A stretch of 64,000 nucleotides of DNA, from positions 1-64,000 of the forward strand of contig NZ_SMNA01000013.1 in NCBI RefSeq assembly GCF_004353825.1, read 5' to 3'. Both the position numbers and the translations under genes were made by a program. The notes beneath the pieces are model-generated. The model ran no database searches. It saw only the letters and a program-made list of their open reading frames with translations, and was not told the origin of the DNA. Shown here in pieces: positions 52,827 through 62,315 of the stretch. How positions within the stretch are numbered: the stretch's first letter is position 1; the number at the start of each line of letters is the position of its first letter. The stretch comes from Occultella glacieicola. GTDB taxonomy: Bacteria; Actinomycetota; Actinomycetes; Actinomycetales; Beutenbergiaceae.

Positions 52827-53687
52827 TCAGTTGTCCCGGAACAGGGCGACCGCGTCATGGGTGTCGCGCAGGGCGTCGACCGTCTCGGCCATCCGGCGCT
52901 GCGCGACCGCCACGAAGATACAGTCCACGATCAGCAGCTGGGCCGTCCGCGAGGCCATCGACCCGGACCGCAACGGTGACTCTCGGACCGTGGTGCGCAG
53001 CACCAGGTCCGCGGCCCGGGCCACGGGTGAGCCGGCCACGTTCGTGATCGCCACCGCGGTCACCCCGCGCTCGCGGGCGGACTCCAGGAACCGCACCACC
53101 TCGGCCGTCGTGCCCCGGTGCGAGAAGCCGACCGCCACGTCACCCGCGCCCATCAGGCCGAGCGAGGTGACGGCGTCGTGCCCGTCCGGGAAGGAGTAGG
53201 CGACCCGACCGATCCGGAACAGTTTGCGATGCAGGTCCGCCGCGCTCCAGCCGCTTCCGCTGACGCCGTAGACGGAGATCCGCGCGGCGGAGTCGATCGC
53301 GTCCACGACCCGGCCGAGCTCGGCCACGTCCAGGTTGTTGATGGTCTCCTCGATGCACAGGTTCTCGGTGAACCCGATACTCGCCACCACCTCCTCGAGC
53401 GTGCTGCCCGCCGAGATGTCCGAACCGTACGCGGCCACCGGGCCTCGTCGTGCGCCCTCGCGGCCCACCTCGGTGGCGAGTGCGATCCGGAGCTGGACGT
53501 ATCCGGCCAGGCCCAGCGTCCGGCAGAACCTGACGATCGTGGTCTCCGACGTCGAGCACTTGCGCGCCAATTCGGAGATCGTCTCCTCCAGCACCAGCCG
53601 CGGGTCGGCCAGGATCGCGTCCGCCACCCGGCGCATCGAGGGCGCCAGGGTGTCACGCTTCGCCTGGATCTGGGACTGGATGCTCAC
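52827..53687 (-). CDS. murR: RpiR/MurR-family transcriptional regulator
   Basis: [30 protein letters not shown] domain [24 protein letters not shown]. Confidence 0.88.
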   Translation of the reverse strand: MSIQSQIQAKRDTLAPSMRRVADAILADPRLVLEETISELARKCSTSETTIVRFCRTLGLAGYVQLRIALATEVGREGARRGPVAAYGSDISAGSTLEEVVASIGFTENLCIEETINNLDVAELGRVVDAIDSAARISVYGVSGSGWSAADLHRKLFRIGRVAYSFPDGHDAVTSLGLMGAGDVAVGFSHRGTTAEVVRFLESARERGVTAVAITNVAGSPVARAADLVLRTTVRESPLRSGSMASRTAQLLIVDCIFVAVAQRRMAETVDALRDTHDAVALFRDN

Positions 53688-53876
53688 GTGAGCCCTTCGA
53701 CGACGGGTGCTGTCTCTCGGGTCGGGCGCCACCGGCCGCTCCGACGCAAGCACTTTACCGAGCCGGTCCAGATCCCGGTGCTCGTTTGCGACGGGCCGTC
53801 GAGCCGGTGCAGAACCGCGCGCCCGAGGCAGGACCACGTGTCCGACTGCGTGGGTCTGAGAACTCGGTCGCCGCTC

Positions 53877-53888
53877 TGAAACGATACA
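53877..53888. promoter_or_regulatory. Rhamnose-regulon LacI operator upstream of lldD
   Basis: TGAAACGATACA, 11/12 to the reverse complement of the rhaI site (TGAAACGATTCA); overlaps a -10-like TACAAT. Confidence 0.6.
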
Positions 53889-53965
53889 ATCGACGTCACG
53901 TGTCCGCTACCATCGCGGGGTGGCTGATCGCCGCCCCGCTTGATGAGACTGGAGAGTTCCCCCGG

Positions 53966-55234
53966 ATGGTTCAGCGTCGAGTCCCGAAGGTGCGCGACCT
54001 CGCGCCGCTGATGCAGTTCAAGGCACCGGAGCTGAACGGCCGTAAGCGCCGCCTCGATGCCGCGCTCAACGTCGAGGACCTGCGCGCGATCGCCAAGCGG
54101 CGCACGCCGCGGGCCGCGTTCGACTACACCGAGGGTGCCGCCGAGAAGGAGCTGTCACTGGCCCGTGCGCGGCAGGCGTTCGAGGACATCGAGTTCCACC
54201 CCGCGATCCTGCGCGACGTCGCGCAGGTGGACACCTCCGCGACCGTGCTCGGCGGGCCGGTCGCGCTGCCGTTCGGGATCGCCCCCACCGGGTTCACCCG
54301 GATGATGCAGACCGAGGGCGAGATCGCCGGCGCCGGGGCGGCCGGTGCCGCGGGGATCCCGTTCTCGCTGTCCACCATGGGCACCGCCTCCATCGAGGAC
54401 GTGGCCGCCGCGAACCCCGGCGGGCGGAACTGGTTCCAGCTGTACATGTGGAAGGACCGGGACCGGTCGATGGCCCTGGTGGACCGGGCCGCGAAGGCCG
54501 GGTTCGACACGCTCCTGGTCACCGTGGACGTCCCCGTCGCCGGCGCCCGGCTGCGGGACACCCGCAACGGGATGACCATCCCGCCCTCGCTGACCCCGCG
54601 GACCGTGCTGAACGCGATCCCGCGGCCGCAGTGGTGGATCGACTTCCTCACCACCGAACCGCTCGCGTTCGCCTCCCTCGACCGCTGGTCCGGCACCGTC
54701 GCCGACCTGCTGAACACGATGTTCGACCCGACCGTCGACTTCGACGACCTGCGCTGGGTCTCCGAGCAGTGGCCCGGCAAGGTCGTGGTCAAGGGCATCC
54801 AGACGCTCGAGGACGCGAAGCGGGTCGCCGACCTCGGCGTGGACGGCATCGTGCTGTCCAACCACGGCGGCCGCCAGCTCGACCGCGCCCCGATCCCGTT
54901 CCACCTGTTGCCCGAGGTCGCCCGCGAAGTCGGGAACGACCTCGAGATCGTGCTGGACACCGGGATCATGAGCGGCGCGGACGTCGTCGCCGCCATCGCC
55001 CTCGGCGCCGACTTCACGCTCGTCGGCCGTGCCTACCTGTACGGGCTGATGGCCGGTGGCCGCGAGGGCGTGGACCGGATGATCGCCATCCTCACCGCGG
55101 AGATCGGCCGCACCATGCGTCTGCTCGGGGTCGCCTCGCTGGACGAGCTGGGACCGCAGCACGTGACCCAGCTGAGCCGGCTGGCACCCCTGCAGCGGCA
55201 GATCCGCGCCGAGAGCGACCGCCCGGTCGGCTGA
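53966..55234 (+). CDS. lldD: FMN-dependent L-lactate dehydrogenase (alpha-hydroxy-acid oxidising)
   Basis: [50 protein letters not shown]. Confidence 0.92.
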   Translation: MVQRRVPKVRDLAPLMQFKAPELNGRKRRLDAALNVEDLRAIAKRRTPRAAFDYTEGAAEKELSLARARQAFEDIEFHPAILRDVAQVDTSATVLGGPVALPFGIAPTGFTRMMQTEGEIAGAGAAGAAGIPFSLSTMGTASIEDVAAANPGGRNWFQLYMWKDRDRSMALVDRAAKAGFDTLLVTVDVPVAGARLRDTRNGMTIPPSLTPRTVLNAIPRPQWWIDFLTTEPLAFASLDRWSGTVADLLNTMFDPTVDFDDLRWVSEQWPGKVVVKGIQTLEDAKRVADLGVDGIVLSNHGGRQLDRAPIPFHLLPEVAREVGNDLEIVLDTGIMSGADVVAAIALGADFTLVGRAYLYGLMAGGREGVDRMIAILTAEIGRTMRLLGVASLDELGPQHVTQLSRLAPLQRQIRAESDRPVG

Positions 55235-55284
55235 CCGCACGGCCGGGACGGGCGACCCCGAACACCCCGGGGCCACCCGCGGAC

Positions 55285-56592
55285 TCAGCCGACCCGGCTG
55301 GCTCGGCCGACCCGGCTCGCCGCCACCGCCGCCCGTCCCATCCGCGAGAGCCGGCGCAGCGCCTCGGCGTGCACGCGCTCCGCGGCGGCGCGGGCCGCGC
55401 CCGGGTCCGCGACCACCCGGGCGAGCCGCTCGATGACTCCGGCTGCGCCGTCGTCGATCTCGTTGACCATGTGCGTCCCGCCCAGGTCCGCGTACATCGC
55501 GCCCTTGACCGTGTCGGTCGGCTGGCGCAGGTAGGTGCCGGGCGTGCCCGCCGTGGTGGCCAGGATCGGGGAGTGGCACTCGATGCTGACGACGGCGGCC
55601 GCTCGCGCGTACGTGGCGGTCGCCGTGGGCAGGTCCCAGAAGCCGTCCACGATCGCGACCCGGTCGCGGACGTCGCGCGGCAGGGTGGCCGGCCAGTACT
55701 CGGCGATGAGGTCGACGGCGTAGCTCATCTCGGGCGCGATGAGCACCTGCCGGCCCGTGGTCCGGACCCACCAGGCGATGGTCTCGGTCAGGACGGCCAG
55801 GTCGCGCGGGGTGAACGCCTCGTTCACGGCGTCCTTGGTCAGATCGGCGGCGGTGACCGGCAGGTTCCGGAGGTGCGCGTACGGCGTGTACCGCAGCCGG
55901 GGCACGGCGACGAGGAAGCCGGGCTCCAGGCCGTGGTCGGCGAGCACCGCGTCGGCGCCGGCCTCGTCGCGGATGTCGAACGCGAACGTGGCGTCCGGGC
56001 CCGGCTCGAGGATCTCGGCGCGGACGCCCTGACCCTGGAGGTAGGCCAGCGAGATGGTGTCCCGGCAGAACACGAACGCGGCGCCGTCGAGGATCTCGCG
56101 GGCCTCGTCGTCGAGGTGGCCGGGGGCGATCGCGCCGACCACCCGGCGGGCGTCGGGGAGCTGGAACGGCATGAAGTTGCCGAGCGGGTCGAAGGTGATG
56201 CCGAAGAATCCGTACGGCTTGCCGGAGGGGCGCCAGGCGTTCAGTCCGGGCCTCGAGCCCATGCCGGCCGCGCTGCCGTGGATGAACAGGTCCGCCTCGT
56301 CGAACGCGCGCGCCAGCTCCGGGGTGTCCGGGCGACCGTCGGGGCCGATGTCGCCGTAGGCGAACTCGAGGTCGGGGAACCGGTCGGCGAGCATGGCCTG
56401 CTCCCGGTCGCCCAGGCTGCCGGGCCACAGGATGATCCGGCTCGCGCCGGCACCGAGCAGCGCCGTGATCGCGCCCGGCGTGTGGGCCACGTCCCCGATG
56501 TTGATGGTCTGCCAGGAGGACCGGAGCAGGATCGTTCCGGCTCCCTCGGTCTCGGCAGGAGTGTCTTGAAGCATCGTTGCATCACCAGTCAT
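55285..56592 (-). CDS. Polysaccharide pyruvyl transferase-like protein
   Basis: ILLRSSWQTINIGD (NxGD), FCRDTIS (RD..S), GPDATF (PD), ECHSPILA...GTP. TATGCT 6 nt before the ATG. Confidence 0.7.
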   Translation of the reverse strand: MTGDATMLQDTPAETEGAGTILLRSSWQTINIGDVAHTPGAITALLGAGASRIILWPGSLGDREQAMLADRFPDLEFAYGDIGPDGRPDTPELARAFDEADLFIHGSAAGMGSRPGLNAWRPSGKPYGFFGITFDPLGNFMPFQLPDARRVVGAIAPGHLDDEAREILDGAAFVFCRDTISLAYLQGQGVRAEILEPGPDATFAFDIRDEAGADAVLADHGLEPGFLVAVPRLRYTPYAHLRNLPVTAADLTKDAVNEAFTPRDLAVLTETIAWWVRTTGRQVLIAPEMSYAVDLIAEYWPATLPRDVRDRVAIVDGFWDLPTATATYARAAAVVSIECHSPILATTAGTPGTYLRQPTDTVKGAMYADLGGTHMVNEIDDGAAGVIERLARVVADPGAARAAAERVHAEALRRLSRMGRAAVAASRVGRASRVG

Positions 56593-56651
56593 GCCGGCAG
56601 CATAGCGCCTTCACTGACGGGGGATTCGCCCGGATCGGGCCGCCCCGCTGC

Positions 56652-57695
56652 TCAGCCGCTGATGCTGGAGGCCCGGACCACGAGTTCCGGCTCGAACTCC
56701 ACCTGCTCGGCGGCCGCACCCTCGGCGCCCCGACGCAGCAGCATGTCCGCGGCCGTCCAGCCCATCTTGTACATCGGCTGACGCACCGACGTGAGCGGCG
56801 TAGCGAGCATGTTCGCGAACATGACGTCGTCGTAGCCCACCACGGCCATCTCGCCCGGCACCGAGACGCCCAGGTCCCGCAGCGCTCGCAGCGCCCCGAG
56901 TGCGGTCACGTCGTTCACGCAGAACGCGGCGCTCGGGACGGGCCCGGCGCTAGCGAGGAGCCGGCGCATCCCCTCGTCCCCGCCGTCGGCGTTGAGTGCC
57001 TCGAGCGGGATCTCGACGAGCGCCTCCGCCGGGTCCAGGCCGTGCGCGGCGAGCGTCTGCAGCACTCCCTCGCGCCGGTCCGCGCACTGGCGCAGGGTCA
57101 GCGGCCCGTTCAGGAAGGCCAGCCGGGTGTGACCCTGCGCGAGCAGGTGCTCAGTGGCCAGGGCCCCGCCGCCGACGTCATCGACGGCGACCGACGGCAG
57201 GTCCGGCAGGGGCGAGGTGTGGTCGAGGAGCACCACGTCGATGCCGCGCCCACGCATCGCCAGGAGGGTGTCCAGGCTGCCCTCCGAGGGGGTGGCGATC
57301 ACGCCGCGCACGCCGTGCTCCTCGAACAGGCGCAGATACCGGCCCTCCCGCTCCGGGTTCTCGTCCGAGCTGCACAGCATCAGCGTGTACTCGTCCTGCG
57401 CCAGGCGGTCCTCGATGCCGCGGGCCATCTCGGTGAAGAACGGGTTCGCGATGTCGAGCACCACGGCTCCGACGGTGTTCAGCTCGCCGCTGCGCAGCTG
57501 GCGCGCGGAGGCGTTGCGCACGAACGAGAGTTCCTTGATCGCGGCCTCGACCTTGGCCCGGGTGCTCGGCGCGACGTTCGCCGGCCGGTTCAGCACGTTC
57601 GACACCGTGCCCACCGAGACGCCGGCGAGTCTGGCCACGTCCGTGACGCTCGGGCGCTTGCCGTTGCGCACCGGGCCGGGTTGGGTCGCCGTCAT
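56652..57695 (-). CDS. LacI-family regulator, probable rhamnose repressor
   Basis: SVTDVARLAGVSVGTVSNVLN, FVRNASARQLR, LDIANPFF, CVNDVTALG, PLTSVRQP. SD GAGGAG. Confidence 0.9.
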   Translation of the reverse strand: MTATQPGPVRNGKRPSVTDVARLAGVSVGTVSNVLNRPANVAPSTRAKVEAAIKELSFVRNASARQLRSGELNTVGAVVLDIANPFFTEMARGIEDRLAQDEYTLMLCSSDENPEREGRYLRLFEEHGVRGVIATPSEGSLDTLLAMRGRGIDVVLLDHTSPLPDLPSVAVDDVGGGALATEHLLAQGHTRLAFLNGPLTLRQCADRREGVLQTLAAHGLDPAEALVEIPLEALNADGGDEGMRRLLASAGPVPSAAFCVNDVTALGALRALRDLGVSVPGEMAVVGYDDVMFANMLATPLTSVRQPMYKMGWTAADMLLRRGAEGAAAEQVEFEPELVVRASSISG

Positions 57696-57783
57696 GATTC
57701 TCCTCGCGGGTCTGAGCACGATCGGGCCGGGTCACTCCCCTGCGTCCCCCGGACGAAACCGCGGCTGCCCTGCCCAGACCGAG

Positions 57784-57795
57784 TGTAACGATTCA
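57784..57795. promoter_or_regulatory. Operator upstream of the LacI gene (autoregulation)
   Basis: TGTAACGATTCA, 11/12 to TGAAACGATTCA. Confidence 0.6.
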
Positions 57796-57823
57796 CGCCC
57801 CCGGGTGGGTGGAGCCGGGAGGA

Positions 57824-58831
57824 TCAGAGCCGCGGGTCGATGTGGACCTTCGGTCCGCGGCCGCCGGGCCGAGCGCCGTCGAGCACAGCGGCGGCCTCGG
57901 CGAGGGGGACGGTGGCGGCCACCAGCGGTCGAGGATCCACGAGACCGGCGGCGTACGCGCCGATCGCGTCCGCCAGGCCCGCGGACGCGCCCAGGATGCC
58001 GACCGCGGTCACGTCCCGGAACACCAGTGACCGGCTGTCGATCGGGCTCGGGGTCTCCGCGATGCCGATGTACACGACCCGGCCGGCGGGTTCGACGAGG
58101 TCGACGGCCCGGGCCGGCACGCCAGCACCGGTGGAGGCATCGACGACGGCGTCCCACGGTTCGTCGGGGAGCGTCGCCTCGGTCCAGGCGTGCGTCAGGC
58201 CGAGGGAGCGGGCGAACTCCAGGGACTGCTCGTCCGGCCCGAGCAGGTGCGCCTGCGCGCCGGCCGCCTGGGCGAACAGGGCCGTGAGCAGCCCGATCGT
58301 GCCGGGCCCGACCACGAGCAGGCGGTCGCCCGGGCCGACGTTCGCGGCCCTCAGGGCCCGCACCGCGTTCCCGCCGGGCTCCACCATCGCCCCGGCCGTG
58401 TCGTCCAGGGATTCCGGCAGGGCGTGCAGCGCCGACCCGGGCACCAGCAATTGCTCGGCGAGGGCTCCGTGCCAGCCGCCGCGGATGCCGATCTCGTACC
58501 GGTCCGCGCACACGTGGTGCCGGCCGGCCAGGCACCGGCGGCAGTGGCCGCAGCCGAGCATCGTGTCGCCCGTGGTGCGCCGACCCACCCAGGCCGGATC
58601 GACGCCGTCGCCCACCGCACTGACCGTGCCGCACCACTCGTGGCCGGGCCGCAACGGGTAGGCCGCCTGACCGTCGGCCAGGTAACTCATCTCGCCCGTG
58701 AACAACTCGACGTCGGTGCCGCAGACGCCGACCCGGCTCACGTCCACGACCACCTGCCCGGGTCCCGGCTCGGGCGCCGCGACGTCCGCGACCTGAGCCG
58801 AGCGCGGGCCGGTCAGCAGCACCGCCCTCAC
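57824..58831 (-). CDS. Zn-dependent (MDR) sugar/polyol dehydrogenase
   Basis: GVCGTD, GHEWCG, CGHCRRCLAGRHHVC, VEP, GPGTIG. Confidence 0.87.
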   Translation of the reverse strand: MRAVLLTGPRSAQVADVAAPEPGPGQVVVDVSRVGVCGTDVELFTGEMSYLADGQAAYPLRPGHEWCGTVSAVGDGVDPAWVGRRTTGDTMLGCGHCRRCLAGRHHVCADRYEIGIRGGWHGALAEQLLVPGSALHALPESLDDTAGAMVEPGGNAVRALRAANVGPGDRLLVVGPGTIGLLTALFAQAAGAQAHLLGPDEQSLEFARSLGLTHAWTEATLPDEPWDAVVDASTGAGVPARAVDLVEPAGRVVYIGIAETPSPIDSRSLVFRDVTAVGILGASAGLADAIGAYAAGLVDPRPLVAATVPLAEAAAVLDGARPGGRGPKVHIDPRL

Positions 58832-58988
58832 GCCGGGACCGGTCCGGCCGGGCGTGCCGCGGGGCGCCCCGGGCTGACTAGGCTGGCGGCCAACGGAGTC
58901 ATCGTCGAATCGTTCCTCGCAGGTGGAGGGGCAGGTGCGCGTGCGAACCCACCCTAGGGCCCGCGGCGCCGCAATCGGAGGAGTGAGA

Positions 58989-60719
58989 GTGACCGAGCAG
59001 AGCCGTGAGTTGCGCAGTCAGCAGTGGTACGCGGGGCAGGGGCGGGACGCCTACATCCACCGGGCCTGGATGCGCCGCGGCGTGCCCGCGGACGCGTTCG
59101 AGGGGCACAAGCCGCACATCGCGATCGCGAACACCGCCTCCGACCTGGCCCCCTGCAACTCCCACCTGAACGAGGTCGCCTCGAGCGTGCGGGACGGTGT
59201 GCTCGAGGCCGGCGGCGTCCCGCTGAACATGCCGGTGGTCTCCCTCGGCGAGACCCAGCTGCGGCCCACCGCCATGCTCTGGCGGAACATGGCCGCGATG
59301 AGCATCGAGGAGATGATCCGCGGCAACCCGATCGACGGCGTGGTGCTGCTCGGCGGCTGCGACAAGACGATCCCCGCGCTGCTCATGGGCGCGGCCTCGG
59401 TCGGCCTGCCGGCCGTGGTGGTGCCGGGCGGGCCGATGCTGACCGGCACGTTCCAGGGCGTCGCGCTGGGCTGTGGCACCGACGTGTGGCGGCTGTCGGA
59501 GGAGGTCCGGGCCGGCACGCTGCCGGCCGAGCAGTTCACCCGGTCGGAGTCGGCGATGATCCGCTCCCGCGGGCACTGCAACACGATGGGCACCGCGTCC
59601 ACGATGGGGTTGCTGGCCGAGGCGCTCGGCATGGTCCTGCCCGGGCTGGCCGGCACCCCGGCCCCGGACAGCCGGCTGCTCGAGGGCTCCCACGCGACCG
59701 GCCGGCTCATCGTCGAGATGGTCGGAGCAGAACGCGGACCCGCGCAGGTGCTGACCAGGGCCTCCTTCCACAACGCCATCGTCACGCTCGCCGCCATCGG
59801 GGGCTCGACCAACGCCGTCGTGCACCTGCTCGCGATCGCGGGCCGCCTCGGCATCGACGTGACCCTCGACGACTTCGACCGGATCGGCTCCCACGTCCCG
59901 CTGCTCGTCGACCTGCAGCCGGCCGGGCGGTTCCTCATGGACGACCTCTACCGCGCCGGCGGGCTGCACGCCGTGCTGGCCCAGGTGCGGGACCTCCTCG
60001 ACCCGACCGCGCTCACCGTGGACGGAACCCGCCTGGTCGACCACCTCGACGACGTGCCGATCTGGGACCCGGAGGTGATCCGGGTGCGCGAGGCCCCGGT
60101 GCTGACCGAGGCCGGCATCGCGGTGCTGCGCGGCAACCTCGCCCCGGGCGGCGCGATCATCAAGCCCGCCGCGGCCACGCCCGAACTCCTGCAGCACCGC
60201 GGCAAGGCGGTTGTGTTCGACTCGATCGAGGATTTCCACGCCCGGATCGACGACCCGGACCTGGAGGTCGACGGCTCGAGCGTGCTGGTGCTGCGCGGCT
60301 GCGGACCGAAGGGCTACCCGGGCATGCCGGAGGTCGCGAACATGCCGATCCCCAAGCGCCTGGTGGAGCTGGGTGTGCGGGACATGGTGCGCATCTGTGA
60401 CGGCCGGATGAGCGGGACGGCGTACGGCACCGTGGTGCTGCACGTCTCGCCCGAGGCCGCGGCCGGTGGGCCGCTCGCCCTGGTCCGCACCGGCGACACG
60501 ATCGTGCTCGACGTGGCCGGCCGGCGCCTCGACCTGGACGTCCCGGACGAGGAGCTCGCGGCGCGGGTCCCGAACGAGGCGACGGTGGCCGGGTTCGCGG
60601 CGCCGACCCGTGGCTGGGAGCGGCTGTACGTCGACCACGTGCTGCAGGCGGACTCGGGCGCGGACCTGGACATCCTGGTCGGCGCGAGCGGTCACGAGGT
60701 GAGCCGCGAGTCCCACTGA
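58989..60719 (+). CDS. IlvD/Edd-family sugar-acid dehydratase (L-arabinonate dehydratase-like)
   Basis: PCNSHL, RPTAMLWRN, GGCDKT, GHCNTMGTAS, GGSTNA, GYPGMPE, DGRMSGTAYG; C-terminal RESH, as in pentonate dehydratases. Confidence 0.9.
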   Translation: MTEQSRELRSQQWYAGQGRDAYIHRAWMRRGVPADAFEGHKPHIAIANTASDLAPCNSHLNEVASSVRDGVLEAGGVPLNMPVVSLGETQLRPTAMLWRNMAAMSIEEMIRGNPIDGVVLLGGCDKTIPALLMGAASVGLPAVVVPGGPMLTGTFQGVALGCGTDVWRLSEEVRAGTLPAEQFTRSESAMIRSRGHCNTMGTASTMGLLAEALGMVLPGLAGTPAPDSRLLEGSHATGRLIVEMVGAERGPAQVLTRASFHNAIVTLAAIGGSTNAVVHLLAIAGRLGIDVTLDDFDRIGSHVPLLVDLQPAGRFLMDDLYRAGGLHAVLAQVRDLLDPTALTVDGTRLVDHLDDVPIWDPEVIRVREAPVLTEAGIAVLRGNLAPGGAIIKPAAATPELLQHRGKAVVFDSIEDFHARIDDPDLEVDGSSVLVLRGCGPKGYPGMPEVANMPIPKRLVELGVRDMVRICDGRMSGTAYGTVVLHVSPEAAAGGPLALVRTGDTIVLDVAGRRLDLDVPDEELAARVPNEATVAGFAAPTRGWERLYVDHVLQADSGADLDILVGASGHEVSRESH

Positions 60720-60757
60720 GGTCCCGCCGGCCGCCGTGTCGCAGCTCGCCGCGACCA

Positions 60758-60857
60758 CCGGCACCCGGTGACGGCACCGGGTGTCGGGATCGGCCGCCAC
60801 GCGTCGAGTCAGCCGCCAAGCCCTCGAATCAGTCCCTGCCCGAGGACTGATTCGAGG
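60758..60857. terminator. Two hairpins downstream of the dehydratase gene
   Basis: CCGGCACCCGGTG-ACGG-CACCGGGTGTCGG (60758-60787) and a perfect 14-bp stem CCTCGAATCAGTCC...GGACTGATTCGAGG (60822-60857). Confidence 0.6.
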
Positions 60858-60965
60858 CCGGAGTCGCGGTGTCGGCGGGCCGCGCCGGCCGGGCATCCCG
60901 GCACGCCCGGCCCGACCCAGCCCCGCCCGCCCCGGCCCGGGACCACGGCGGCGGTCGAGCATCGC

Positions 60966-61019
60966 TTGACACCCGCCGTCGGCCGCTTCTACTCTGAACG
61001 CAGATGGTGAATCGTTTCA
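60966..61019 (+). promoter_or_regulatory. rha operon promoter with LacI operator
   Basis: TTGACA (60966), 18 nt spacer, TACTCT (60990-60995); palindrome TGAATCGTTTCA at 61008-61019. Confidence 0.78.
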
Positions 61020-61069
61020 GAGCCGAAGGCCGATCATCGTCGTACCGAACCAGACTTTTGGAGCTCACC

Positions 61070-62248
61070 ATGACCACGCCGGCCACCGTCGCGAACGGGG
61101 TGCGCGACGCCCTCGCCGCCCAGACCATCGAGCTGCCCTCGTGGGCGTTCGGGAACTCGGGCACCCGGTTCAAGGTGTTCGCGCAGGCCGGCGTGCCCCG
61201 CGACCCCTACGAGAAGATCGCCGACGTCGCGCAGGTGCACGCCTACACCGGCGCCGCGCCGCGCGTCTCGCTGCACATCCCGTGGGACCTCGTCGACGAC
61301 TACGACGCGCTCGCCACGCACGCCCGTGACCTCGGGGTGAGCATCGGGGCGATCAACTCGAACCTGTTCCAGGACGACGACTACATGCTCGGCTCGCTCA
61401 CCCACCCGGACGCCAAGGTCCGGGCGAAGGCGGTCAAGCACCACCTCGACTGCATCGACGTGATGCGCGCGACCGGGTCCACCGACCTGAAGCTGTGGCT
61501 GCCCGACGGCACGAACTACCCGGGCCAGGACGACATCCGGGCCCGCCAGGACCGGCTCGCCGAGGGCCTCGCGGAGATCTACGCGGCGCTCGACGACAAC
61601 CACCGGCTGCTCCTGGAGTACAAGTTCTTCGAGCCGTACTTCTACACGATGGACGTCCCGGACTGGGGCACCTCGCTGGTGCACTGCCTCGCGCTGGGGG
61701 AGCGGGCCACCGTGGTGCTGGACACCGGCCACCACGCCCCGAACACGAACATCGAATTCATCGTCGCCCAGCTGATCCGGCTCGGCCGCCTCGGTGCGTT
61801 CGACTTCAACTCCCGCTTCTACGCCGACGACGACCTCATGGTCGGCGCCGCGGACCCGTTCCAACTGTTCCGGATCATGAACGAGATCGTCGGCGCGGAT
61901 GCGCTCCGCGCCGAGTCCGGCGTGAACTTCATGCTCGACCAGTGCCACAACATCGAACCGAAGATCCAGGCCCAGATCCGGTCCGTCATGAACGTCCAGG
62001 AGGCCACCGCGAAGGCGCTGCTGGTGGACCGGGAGGCCCTGAAGGTCGCCCAGGCCAGCGGCGACGTGCTCGGCGCGAACGGCCTGCTCATGGACGCCTA
62101 CAACACCGACGTCCGCCCGCTCCTCGCGCAGGTGCGCGAGGACCAGGGCCTGGCTGCCGACCCCATCGCCGCCTACCGCGCGTCCGGGTACGGCGAGAAG
62201 ATCATCGCCGAGCGCGTCGGCGGCACCCAGGCCGGATGGGGCGCCTGA
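61070..62248 (+). CDS. rhaI: L-rhamnose isomerase (actinobacterial RhaI type)
   Basis: IELPSWAFGNSGTRF, LHIPWD, DGTNYPGQ, EYKFFEP, DTGHH, YADDDL, MLDQCHNIEPK, AGWGA. Confidence 0.94.
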   Translation: MTTPATVANGVRDALAAQTIELPSWAFGNSGTRFKVFAQAGVPRDPYEKIADVAQVHAYTGAAPRVSLHIPWDLVDDYDALATHARDLGVSIGAINSNLFQDDDYMLGSLTHPDAKVRAKAVKHHLDCIDVMRATGSTDLKLWLPDGTNYPGQDDIRARQDRLAEGLAEIYAALDDNHRLLLEYKFFEPYFYTMDVPDWGTSLVHCLALGERATVVLDTGHHAPNTNIEFIVAQLIRLGRLGAFDFNSRFYADDDLMVGAADPFQLFRIMNEIVGADALRAESGVNFMLDQCHNIEPKIQAQIRSVMNVQEATAKALLVDREALKVAQASGDVLGANGLLMDAYNTDVRPLLAQVREDQGLAADPIAAYRASGYGEKIIAERVGGTQAGWGA

Positions 62249-62315
62249 CCTCCCGCCGCACCGGCGCCCGCAACCGGAACCGACTCCTACCACCCACGAG
62301 AGTGAAGGCTCTTCC

